Under the pieces are notes generated by a model that saw nothing but the letters and a program-made list of their open reading frames with translations, was not told the DNA's origin and made no database searches. Positions 7,801-16,033 of a DNA stretch of 39,157 nucleotides are shown here, piece after piece. The stretch covers positions 1 through 39,157 of the forward strand of contig BTUM01000074.1 in NCBI GenBank assembly GCA_045863235.1. Reading direction: 5' to 3'. The DNA is from Candidatus Xenobia bacterium (GTDB lineage Bacteria > Vulcanimicrobiota > Xenobia > Xenobiales > QWHO01). The stretch's first letter is position 1. The number at the start of each line of letters is the position of its first letter. A program made the translations under genes and the position numbers.

Positions 7801-8946
7801 ATGCGAAATTTACGATATCTCCTCCTGCTTGGCTGCGTGCTGCTGACCTGGGGCTGCGGCAACGAAGTCTCCTTCACTCCGGTCGACGGGGCGCTGCCCC
7901 CGGTGGCTCCCAGTTTCATCGACCCCACCGCCGAGCTCGGCGAGCAGGTCCAACTCGGGCGTCAGGTGCTGATCGCTCCCTTCGCCCGCGTCCAGGGCCC
8001 GGTGACGGTGGGCGATCGCAGCAATCTGCAGGATAATGTCATCGTCGAAGGCCAGGTGGCCATCGGCGATCAGGCCATCCTGGCCCACGGTTGCGTGGTG
8101 CGAGGTCCGGCCACCATCGGGGCGGCCGGCGGGGCACCCTGCTTCATCGGCTTCAACGCCCTGGTCGAAGGTGGCGTGGTGGAGCCCGGGGCCATGGTCA
8201 GCATCCTGGCCCGCCTGGGCCCGGGAGTGACCCTGCGCCAGGGAATGCGCATTCTCGAGGGCAAGAACGTGACCACCCAGGCCGAAGCCGACGAGCCCGC
8301 CCTGGGGAAGGTCACCCCCGTGACCGACAACGACCGACACTTCATGGAAGACGTGCTGCAGGTCAACTTCGAGCTGGCCGCCGGCTACGCCGCGATGGAG
8401 GTGGAAGACGCCAACCTGGTGCGGGGCATCGGACCTTCACCGGTGACCTCGCTGCACAACGTGCGCCACTTCCCCACCCTCGAGGGCGTGCCCACCAGCG
8501 ACCCGCTCTTCCCCAACCGCATCATCGGCGAGACGCTGCTCTCGGACACCCTGGTCGAGCTCTTCCAGAAGCTGGGCCGGCGGGTCAGCATCCGATCGGA
8601 CGAGGGCTCCCCCTTCCAGATCGGTCGGCTGGGATCGATGGATTCGGAGGTCACCCTGCATGCGCTGGAGCACAGCTCCATCACGGTGGGCGAGAACTGC
8701 CAGTTGGGCACGCGGGTCGTTCTTCATGGCGGCGAGGACCGGGCCAACGTTCCTCACTCGGTAACCCGCCTGGGGAACAACGTCACCGTGGGAGCGGGGG
8801 CGGTCGTCTTCCGAGCGACCGTCGAGAACGGCTGCACCATCGGGGCCGGGGCCCTGGTGGCCGGCTCGCAGCTGGCTCCCGGCTCGGACATCCCGGCCCG
8901 GACGATCCTGATCGGCAACCAGAACCTCGGCGAGGTGGAGTGGTAG
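7801..8946 (+). CDS. Lipoprotein with two tandem gamma-carbonic anhydrase (Cam-like) left-handed beta-helix domains
   Basis: Lipobox LTWG-C after MRNLRYLLLLGCVL; hexapeptide repeats; Cam-like motifs GDRSNLQDN, LAHG, VLQVNFELAAGY, SIRSDEG, LHALE, VLHG. Start at ATG 7798 or 7801. Confidence 0.8.
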   Translation: MRNLRYLLLLGCVLLTWGCGNEVSFTPVDGALPPVAPSFIDPTAELGEQVQLGRQVLIAPFARVQGPVTVGDRSNLQDNVIVEGQVAIGDQAILAHGCVVRGPATIGAAGGAPCFIGFNALVEGGVVEPGAMVSILARLGPGVTLRQGMRILEGKNVTTQAEADEPALGKVTPVTDNDRHFMEDVLQVNFELAAGYAAMEVEDANLVRGIGPSPVTSLHNVRHFPTLEGVPTSDPLFPNRIIGETLLSDTLVELFQKLGRRVSIRSDEGSPFQIGRLGSMDSEVTLHALEHSSITVGENCQLGTRVVLHGGEDRANVPHSVTRLGNNVTVGAGAVVFRATVENGCTIGAGALVAGSQLAPGSDIPARTILIGNQNLGEVEW

Positions 8947-11264
8947 GTCGGGTCCTCCTGCTCGAAGACGACGCCGCGCTGCGCGAGTCGCTGGCCGAGG
9001 TGCTCGAGGACCAGGGCTATGAGGTGGCCACCGCCGGGGCCGGCGCCCAGGCAGTGGCCATGGCCGCCGAGCAGGGTTTCGACCTGATCGTCACCGACAT
9101 CCGGATGGAGGGCATGAGCGGTCTGGACGCCCTGGAAAAGGTCAAAAAAGACCGTCCCGACATCGGCAGCCTGGTGATCACCGGCTATTCCACCGAGGCC
9201 GACTCGATCCGGGCCCTGCAGCTGGGGGTGGGAGACTACCTCAAGAAGCCCTTCCAGGTGAGCGACTTCCTGCAAGCGGTCGAGGTGCAGATGGCCCGGC
9301 GCCGCGAGGAGCGAAAGCTCGTGCGCCGCGAGCGAGCGCTGCGCAGGACGGCGCTCTGGGCTCTGGAGACGGTGGCCCGCTCGCTGGACATGGCCGGTCC
9401 TCCGGGTCCCCTGGGGGGCCTGGTGGAGGCCGGACGGCTGGCCGCGCGCGCGGCCCTGGCCCTGGGTCTGGGGGAAGCCCAGGCCGAGGAAGCTCAGCTG
9501 GGCTTCCTCATGGCCGCTCTGACCCGCTCCGAGCACGCCAGCCTGCCCGAGTTTCTGACCGCCGGCCTGCCCGAATCGGTGCAGCGCCTGGCCGGCGAGG
9601 TGGAGCTTCGCTACGACGAGCACGGTCAGCGCATCTCCCTGGCGGCCCGGCTGGCCGGCTACCTGCTCAGCCGGGTTCGCGAAGAAGAGCGAGCCGACCC
9701 CGAAGTGGCGGCAGCTGTGGAATCGGCCCTGCAAGGGCCGCTGGCCGAGGAGAGCGACCTGGCCGCCGCTTTGGAGCAGGCCCGCAAGCGGCGCGGGTTG
9801 CTCTCGCTGGGACGGGCCCTGATCAGCGGGGGGGATGCCGCCTCAGCGCGCCAATCCTTTCAGAGCGTGCTCGACCAGGAGCCGCCCGGCAGACCTACCC
9901 GCGAGGGGGTTGAGGCCATGTTGGCGCTGGCTCGTCTGAGCGGCGAGACAAGCCTTTGCCGGGAAGCGGCCAATCGGGCCCGTTCGCTGGCCCCCTCGGC
10001 CCGGGGTCTGAGCCAGTTGGAGGCCGCCCTCACGCTGCTGCGGGCGGGTGACCCGGAGGGGCCAAGCTGGCTGGCCGAGGCGGAAGGGGTGCTGGACTCG
10101 CTCGGACCAAACCCGGGGGCCTCCTGCGCCCACCTGGCCCGCCGACGGCTGGCCGGCACGGCTCGCGCCTCCGAGCTACAGGACGACCTCCGCCTGCTCT
10201 TGCTGCCCGAGCATCTGGACACGCTTTACGAGTCGGCCGGCTGGCTGTTGCCCTGGCTGGTGGAGACCCCTGACTGCCTGCAAGACGCCACAGTCAACCG
10301 GGCCCTGATGCTCCTGGCCCGCGAATGCCCTGGCGCCTGCGCAACCGTGCTGGGCGGCAACCTTTCCCCCACCGGCCGACGCAACCTGGCCGAAGTGCTG
10401 GCTCGCTGCGGCTCGGCTGCGGCCCGCGAGCTGCTCGAGCGTCTGCGAGGGGATGCCGACGAAGAAGTGCGCAGGAGCGCGGCCGAAGGCCTGACCCGAG
10501 AGGAGGAGAGCTCCCTGCCCTTGCTGCGCCTCCACTCTCTGGGCCCCTTCACGGTCTATCTGGGCGAGCGGCGCATCGAGGAGTGGCACTCCCAGAAAGT
10601 GCGCTATCTTCTGGCCTGCCTGGCAGCCCATCCCGGCCGTCCCGTCAGTGAGGACGTGCTGGTGGACGCCTTCTGGCCGGAAGACCCCATCCGGGGCAAG
10701 AACAACCTCTACACCACCAGCTCCAACCTGCGCCGGGCTCTCCGGCACCCGGGCTTCAAAGGCGACCTGAACACCATCCCGCGCACTCCGGCCGGGCTGA
10801 CCCTGAACCCCGACCTGCCCCGCTGGCACGATCTGGAGGAGCTGGAGCGCTGCTGGCGCGAGGCCCAGGCCTCCGCCAAAGACCCCGAGCGACTGCTGCA
10901 GGCCTGGCTCAGCGCCGCCCGTCTCTACCGGGGACCTTACCTGGAGGGCTGCTATCACGAGTGGGCCATGGTCACCCGCAACCGGCTGGAGGTGCGCATG
11001 CAAGAGACCCTGGTCTCGTTGCTGCAAGCCCTGACGGCCCGCGAGCGCTGGTCCGAGGTGCTGGAGTATTCCCAACAACTGCTCGAGCTCGAGCCCTGTT
11101 CGCAAGAGGCCCACCTGGGGGTGATGAAGGCCTACCTGAACCAGGGCCAGCCCGAGCTCGCCCTGCGCCAGTTCGAGACCTGCCGCGTGACCCTCAAGAA
11201 GGAGCTCCAGCTGGATCCCTCGCCGGCCCTGCTCGAGCTGCGCCAGCGCTGTCTGATGGCGTAA
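8940..11264 (+). CDS. Response regulator: REC, eroded HD-GYP-like region, TPR/HEAT, SARP-type wHTH and BTAD
   Basis: Likely GTG start at 8940 overlapping the upstream stop. VLLLEDD...TDIRMEGMSG...KKPF receiver; C-terminal LHSLGPFTV, DAFWPED, LYRGPYLEG, LELEPCSQEAHLGVMKAY...LKKELQLDPSP. Confidence 0.88.
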   Translation: MVGRVLLLEDDAALRESLAEVLEDQGYEVATAGAGAQAVAMAAEQGFDLIVTDIRMEGMSGLDALEKVKKDRPDIGSLVITGYSTEADSIRALQLGVGDYLKKPFQVSDFLQAVEVQMARRREERKLVRRERALRRTALWALETVARSLDMAGPPGPLGGLVEAGRLAARAALALGLGEAQAEEAQLGFLMAALTRSEHASLPEFLTAGLPESVQRLAGEVELRYDEHGQRISLAARLAGYLLSRVREEERADPEVAAAVESALQGPLAEESDLAAALEQARKRRGLLSLGRALISGGDAASARQSFQSVLDQEPPGRPTREGVEAMLALARLSGETSLCREAANRARSLAPSARGLSQLEAALTLLRAGDPEGPSWLAEAEGVLDSLGPNPGASCAHLARRRLAGTARASELQDDLRLLLLPEHLDTLYESAGWLLPWLVETPDCLQDATVNRALMLLARECPGACATVLGGNLSPTGRRNLAEVLARCGSAAARELLERLRGDADEEVRRSAAEGLTREEESSLPLLRLHSLGPFTVYLGERRIEEWHSQKVRYLLACLAAHPGRPVSEDVLVDAFWPEDPIRGKNNLYTTSSNLRRALRHPGFKGDLNTIPRTPAGLTLNPDLPRWHDLEELERCWREAQASAKDPERLLQAWLSAARLYRGPYLEGCYHEWAMVTRNRLEVRMQETLVSLLQALTARERWSEVLEYSQQLLELEPCSQEAHLGVMKAYLNQGQPELALRQFETCRVTLKKELQLDPSPALLELRQRCLMA

Positions 11265-11369
11265 ATGTTCATTCCTGGGCCGAAGTGAGGGCGAATCGGT
11301 AAAGACTGTTCGCTCCCAGTTCATCCTCCGGCGTGCGCCAACTGCTAGGATCGTGCCAGGAGGTGCACC

Positions 11370-11981
11370 ATGAACGTCGTCATCCAGCCCTTTCACCCTC
11401 GGCTCGACCTGGAGACCCAGAAACGAGCGGCCGCTCTGGCTGATTACACCGACCATCTCTTGACGGTGGTGGACCAGCTTGACGAGACTCCCCGGGACCG
11501 GGCCTCGGGCACGAAGGGGAACGTGGTGCTGGCCGAGGGCCTCGATCTGGGCCAGCAGGGTCACATCAACCGCGCCCAGCTCAAAAGCCGCGGGGAGAAC
11601 CACCGCGAGGCTCGCATCGAGACCGACCTGGCCCGCTACGAAGTCAAAGACAAGGGTGACCGACGCGAGATCCGTATCTCGACCCACGACCGGGAAGGCT
11701 ATCGCAGCAGCCTGAAGACCATCACGGTGGACATGGAAAGTGGGCACCTGGTAGGTTTCGCCGAGCATGGCTACGCCTTCGGGCGCCGCGCGGTGGAGGG
11801 CTTGAAGGAACCCATGGTCTGGGTCCTGGGAGGGCCCTTCGCCATGACGGCCGGCGCGGTGGCCCTGGCTGCCACTGGAAACGCCGTGGCCGGTCTGGCC
11901 GTGGGCATCGCCGCTATGGTCGGCATCGGAGCCTTCGCCCACTGGGACAGCGTCTCGCGGCCTTACGAAGGACGCGACTGA
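11370..11981 (+). CDS. Hypothetical protein with C-terminal hydrophobic helices (paralog of 26629-27297)
   Basis: AGGAGG SD; two C-terminal hydrophobic segments; followed by a terminator. Confidence 0.75.
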   Translation: MNVVIQPFHPRLDLETQKRAAALADYTDHLLTVVDQLDETPRDRASGTKGNVVLAEGLDLGQQGHINRAQLKSRGENHREARIETDLARYEVKDKGDRREIRISTHDREGYRSSLKTITVDMESGHLVGFAEHGYAFGRRAVEGLKEPMVWVLGGPFAMTAGAVALAATGNAVAGLAVGIAAMVGIGAFAHWDSVSRPYEGRD

Positions 11982-12016
11982 ACTTTCAAGAGCTGATTGG
12001 GACCCCTCGAGTGCGC

Positions 12017-12044
12017 GCCCCGGGGCAACCCGGGGCCTCTTTTT
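12017..12044 (+). terminator. Rho-independent terminator
   Basis: GCCCCGGG-GCAA-CCCGGGGC perfect 8-bp stem with GNRA loop, then CTCTTTTT. Confidence 0.8.
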
Positions 12045-12121
12045 CCGGGCTAAACATCTGCGAAAGGTCCAACCCTTATGCTCGCCCCACGGACTCCAGC
12101 CCGACAAGGAGGCACAACCAG

Positions 12122-12475
12122 ATGAACGGCAACTTTCTTTACAGCTCGCGGGTGGACGGCGAAGTGCTGCGTCGCCTCCACTCGGCGGGCATCCAGACGG
12201 CACTCGTCGACCTGCGCTCGTTTCGAGTGCGCAACTACTGGCGCCAGCCCCAGTTGATGATCCGTGACGGCTGGCAGATCGACCCCGAGATCAATACCAA
12301 GCGAGAGCACCCTCGCTCGTGGATTCTGGGCGATCCGCGCCAGACCGGGCAGAAGCTGGTCTTCGACCGCAACCTCGGGCGCATCAAGCTCACCAGCTAC
12401 TCGCGCGGACTGGCCCAGGAAGTGGTGCTCGACCTCAACACCGACCAGATTCTGGCCAATCGGATGACCCAGTAA
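12122..12475 (+). CDS. Hypothetical protein
   Basis: ATG 12122 (MNGNFLYSSR...) preceded by AAGGAGG; GC3-rich codon usage. Confidence 0.7.
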   Translation: MNGNFLYSSRVDGEVLRRLHSAGIQTALVDLRSFRVRNYWRQPQLMIRDGWQIDPEINTKREHPRSWILGDPRQTGQKLVFDRNLGRIKLTSYSRGLAQEVVLDLNTDQILANRMTQ

Positions 12476-12550
12476 AGAGCTCCGAAAGATCCCCGAAAGG
12501 TCGCCCGGCTACGCTGCCCTCAGAGAACTTTTCGAAAGGACACCGATACG

Positions 12551-12952
12551 ATGCAAGTCAATCCCGCCAACGGCCAGAACCCGCCCACCTTCACCGCCGA
12601 CCAGCTCGGCGCGCTGCTCACCCTGCTCAATGCGCTCAATGGCTCAGATGAAGGCCTCCCGGGCGGGGGCGACCTGTCCGGGCTGCCCTTCTTCCCCGGC
12701 ACGACCACCACCCAGATGCCCGGTCAGGCCAACCAGGCCGCCTGGCAGCAGATGATGCTGGCCGATCAGATGCAGGCTCAGACCATCATGATCCAGTCCC
12801 TGGCCGAGTTTCAGAAACATCAGGCCGAGCGCAACCGCATCCTGCGCGACACCCAGACCAAAATCTTCGAGCTGCAGCAGGAGTCCACCAACCAGTGGAT
12901 CGGCACCTGCGGCAAGGTCAACAAGGAGTTCAGCCAGGCTCTGATGAGCTGA
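12551..12952 (+). CDS. Gln/Met-rich helical hypothetical protein
   Basis: AAAGGA SD; low-complexity N-terminus; long amphipathic C-terminal helix QKHQAERNRILRDTQTKIFELQQE. Confidence 0.75.
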   Translation: MQVNPANGQNPPTFTADQLGALLTLLNALNGSDEGLPGGGDLSGLPFFPGTTTTQMPGQANQAAWQQMMLADQMQAQTIMIQSLAEFQKHQAERNRILRDTQTKIFELQQESTNQWIGTCGKVNKEFSQALMS

Positions 12953-12980
12953 TCGGCTCTCCGCCCCGTCCCCCAGGCCA

Positions 12981-13002
12981 GCGGCGCCCGCTCGGGCGCC
13001 GC
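12981..13002. other. Perfect GC-rich inverted repeat in intergenic region
   Basis: GCGGCGCCC-GCTC-GGGCGCCGC, 9-bp stem, no U tract. Confidence 0.5.
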
Positions 13003-13036
13003 CGGTACTCCATTGCCCCAAAGGAGGACCCTCTCC

Positions 13037-14230
13037 ATGCTCCGACCCGTGCTGAGCAACCACCTCCCCACTCAGGCGCCCCCGGTTGGGGGCCGCGCCC
13101 CGCTGCCACCGGCCGACTCGCCACCTCCCGCGCCCCGGACCGTCGGGGATCAGGTCACCCTGCAGGCTCCCCCCGCCGGGGGAGCAGACCCCCAGCAGCC
13201 GGATCCCCCTCCCCAGCCGACCCAGCCTCCTGCCCTCAAAGGCCTGACCACCTCCCACCTGGGCCAGAGCTACAGCTCGAGCGGCAACGGCACTCTGCTG
13301 GCCGAGATGAGCCAGACCTCAGGCTCGGCCTGGGCCGAGTCAGGCATCAGCTGGTTCGAGCTCTCCGAAGTGGCGCCCCCCGACCCCGGCAAGCTGGCCA
13401 CCGAGCTCAAGGTGGAGCCCCGCGACGGCCAGACCATCGAGCAAGCCCTCCAGGACGAGCTGCGCGAATACAACTGGTGCCTGGTGCAAGGAGCCGACAG
13501 CCCGACCTTCGCCTCCTATGCCCGGCAGGTTCTGGCGGGCAGCGACGTCGACCTGGCCGTGGCCGGCTTCTCGAGTCCCCCGGATACGACCTATGAGCCA
13601 GTCTCACGCCAGTTCCTGAAGAGCCTGGTGCAGGAGCTGGGAGGCAGCGTGGGGTTCATCACCAGCCCCACGATCGAGCCCGCCACGAGCATCGACGCAA
13701 TCTGCAGCGCCGTCTCCCAACAAGAGCAAAACCCCATTGTCTATGTGACCGCGCTGGACTACATGCAGTATGCCGACGACCTCCCCGAGACCGGCCTCAA
13801 GGCGGAAGCCTTCAAGAGCCAGCCCAAGTTCGCGTTCCCCGACGCGGCCGCTTACTCGGCCGCCACGGCCCCCTTTTCCAACGCCTTCCTCACCATCGGG
13901 GGAGCCAACCAGGCAGTGCGCGATCTGTACCACGCCGTCGAGGCCGGGCGACCGGCGGTGGTGGTGGATTACGAGAGCGACAAGATGCCAGCCTGGAACG
14001 AGCAGCGCAACCGGGTGGGCAATGCCTCGGCCCTGCTACGCCAGGTGAGCGAGTCGGTCTACCAGGGAAAGCCCTGGCCGGAGGGGGTGCCACGCGAGGG
14101 CAAGCTTTGGGAAGGCTTCACCGTGGGCGACCTGGCCGGCTGGCTCGGCTCCAAACCCGAGAGCAGCGTCCGCTTTGTCACCCCGGATGCCTCCGGCGTT
14201 CGCCAGGCAGCCGAGTGGCTGAGGAACTGA
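13037..14230 (+). CDS. Protein with Pro-rich N-terminus and putative SLOG (Smf/DprA-LOG) domain
   Basis: AAGGAGG SD before ATG 13037. LAVAGFS...GFITSPT...SIDAI...SNAFLTIGGANQAVRDLYHAVEAGRPAVVV resembles the SLOG pattern (sDa-hhh-GG...A...gkPvvv). Confidence 0.6.
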   Translation: MLRPVLSNHLPTQAPPVGGRAPLPPADSPPPAPRTVGDQVTLQAPPAGGADPQQPDPPPQPTQPPALKGLTTSHLGQSYSSSGNGTLLAEMSQTSGSAWAESGISWFELSEVAPPDPGKLATELKVEPRDGQTIEQALQDELREYNWCLVQGADSPTFASYARQVLAGSDVDLAVAGFSSPPDTTYEPVSRQFLKSLVQELGGSVGFITSPTIEPATSIDAICSAVSQQEQNPIVYVTALDYMQYADDLPETGLKAEAFKSQPKFAFPDAAAYSAATAPFSNAFLTIGGANQAVRDLYHAVEAGRPAVVVDYESDKMPAWNEQRNRVGNASALLRQVSESVYQGKPWPEGVPREGKLWEGFTVGDLAGWLGSKPESSVRFVTPDASGVRQAAEWLRN

Positions 14231-14233
14231 GCC

Positions 14234-16033
14234 ATGAAGGTCCCTCTGCACGCCCTCCCCGGCCCTGCGCTCAGCCTGACTCGACCTGCAGCCCTGGTGC
14301 GCGAGGATCGACTGGTCGACAGCCTCCGCCTCGGGGTCGAGGATGGCGCTCATCAGGGCGCCAAGCTCGGCCGCCTGGCCGGTGCCTCAGCCCTGTCTCT
14401 GGCCCTACCGTTGGGGCTGGCCGTGCTGGGCGCCCAGCTGGGAGCCGCCGCCGTGGTGGGGGTGGCTCTCAGCCCGGTGGGCCTGATCGGAGGACTGGTG
14501 GCGGCCAGCCTGGCCGAGCGCCATGTCGGGGTCGGGCGCCGAGCGGGTGCGGCCCTGGGTGCGGTGCTGGGGCTGGGCCTTGGCCTGGCTCGCCACCTGC
14601 GAGGCAAGCAGGATGCAGGGCCGGTTGAGCTCCCCTTCCGGCCGGCCTCCGGAGCCCCGCCCTCGGAGGGCCTGGCTCCCCGCCTCTTGCACTCGGCCCA
14701 GCGGCGCTTCCTGGGCCAGGTTCCCGAGCGCAACCAGCGCGTCGAAGTCGCCGAGAACGTGTGCGCCAACGCCACCACCATGCTGGTGGGCGGCCTCTGG
14801 CTGCCCCAGCTGGCGGCCAGTTTGCTGCCCATGCCCTTCTCGCTGGTCTTCGCCACGGTGGCTGGGCCGGCTTTGGGCGTGGTGGCCGCTGGCGTGCTGG
14901 AGAACGCCCTGGGCCTGGGGCGGGTAACCGGCGAGTTGCTCGGTCACGCCGCCAACAAGCTTCTACCGCCACCGGGTCCGGCCAAAGAACCCCCGCCCCA
15001 CCGCCCTCCTTCGGCTCTCAAGAAGGCGTTCTTCGCCCTCAATCAGGTGATCGCCGAGCCAATCCTGACCACCATGATCGACGCCACCCGGGTCACCAAC
15101 CGGCTGTTTGCCCAGGAGCCATCGCTGTGCGTGGCCTTCCAACCCCGCCCCGAGCCGCGGATCGATGACCAGCGCCTGCTGGACAACTTCGTCAAGCTGG
15201 CCGGCATCAACGGGGTCAGCGGGCAGGAGCAGGAGGTGGGACGCGAGCTCAAACGCCAGCTCGAGGAGTTGGGCATTTCCTCCCTCGAGAAGCCCGACGG
15301 CACCTTGATCGCCACTGTCCCGGGCACGGTGAGCGACGCTCCCACGCTCATCCTGAGCGCCCACCAGGACACGGTGGCGCCCACCAGCGCCCAGGCCATC
15401 CGAATCACCGACCGCAAGGTGCAAACCGACGGCAGCCACATCCTGGGGGCCGACAACCGGGCCGGGCTGGCTCAGATCCTGGAGGCCGTGCGGGTGGTTC
15501 TGGAAACCGGTCAGGAACGACCGGAGATCAAGCTGGTCTTCACCGTCAGCGAGGAGACCGGGCTCACCGGCGCCGGACGGCTCGCTCCCCAGGACCTGAG
15601 CCTTCGCCCCGCCCTGGGCGTGGTGGTGGACTCGACCGACGTGCGCGATCTGAACCTCACAAACGACGCCGTGCTGGTCAACCCGACTCGCTCGCTGCGC
15701 TATCAGTTCAGCCAGGAGGATCCGGTGGTGCAACTGGCCATGGTCAGCATGGCCCGCGGCGGCACCCGCCCCCGTCCCCTGCGCGTGCCCATCATGACCG
15801 GAGCCGGCACCGACGCCAACACGCTGGCCTTCAACAGCGGCAACATCCGCTCCATCGCCATCGGGTGCGGCCAGCGCGACATCCACACTCCCCACGAGAA
15901 CATCCTGCGCTCGGACCTCTCGGCTGTGGCCCGCACCCTGGTGGGCTGCATCACCAACTGCACCGACTTCAGGGTAGACGGGGGGGCGATCGTGCCGCGA
16001 CTCAGCTCTGGGAGCGGGCGTCCAGAAACTTGA
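14234..16033 (+). CDS. M20/M42-clan metallopeptidase (PepT-like) with long hydrophobic N-terminal extension
   Basis: LLDNFVKLAGINGVSGQE, SAHQDTV, LGADNRAG, VSEETGLTGA, GTDAN, IHTPHE metal-ligand motifs. First ~300 aa are Gly/Ala/Leu hydrophobic helices. Confidence 0.85.
   Translation: MKVPLHALPGPALSLTRPAALVREDRLVDSLRLGVEDGAHQGAKLGRLAGASALSLALPLGLAVLGAQLGAAAVVGVALSPVGLIGGLVAASLAERHVGVGRRAGAALGAVLGLGLGLARHLRGKQDAGPVELPFRPASGAPPSEGLAPRLLHSAQRRFLGQVPERNQRVEVAENVCANATTMLVGGLWLPQLAASLLPMPFSLVFATVAGPALGVVAAGVLENALGLGRVTGELLGHAANKLLPPPGPAKEPPPHRPPSALKKAFFALNQVIAEPILTTMIDATRVTNRLFAQEPSLCVAFQPRPEPRIDDQRLLDNFVKLAGINGVSGQEQEVGRELKRQLEELGISSLEKPDGTLIATVPGTVSDAPTLILSAHQDTVAPTSAQAIRITDRKVQTDGSHILGADNRAGLAQILEAVRVVLETGQERPEIKLVFTVSEETGLTGAGRLAPQDLSLRPALGVVVDSTDVRDLNLTNDAVLVNPTRSLRYQFSQEDPVVQLAMVSMARGGTRPRPLRVPIMTGAGTDANTLAFNSGNIRSIAIGCGQRDIHTPHENILRSDLSAVARTLVGCITNCTDFRVDGGAIVPRLSSGSGRPET

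Noticed and set aside
8091..8939. N-terminal extension of the 1057-aa ORF
   Set aside because: Arg/Gly/Pro-rich off-frame reading of the gamma-CA gene; the receiver domain starts at GTG 8940.
11329..11346. Sigma-54 promoter upstream of 11370
   Set aside because: GG-to-GC spacing is 12 rather than 10 nt; TGCTAGGAT fits an extended -10 better.
12473..12499. Possible sigma-28 promoter TAAA-N15-CCCGAAAG before the 12551 gene
   Set aside because: Only 5 of 8 matches to GCCGATAA, and TAAA is partly the upstream stop codon.
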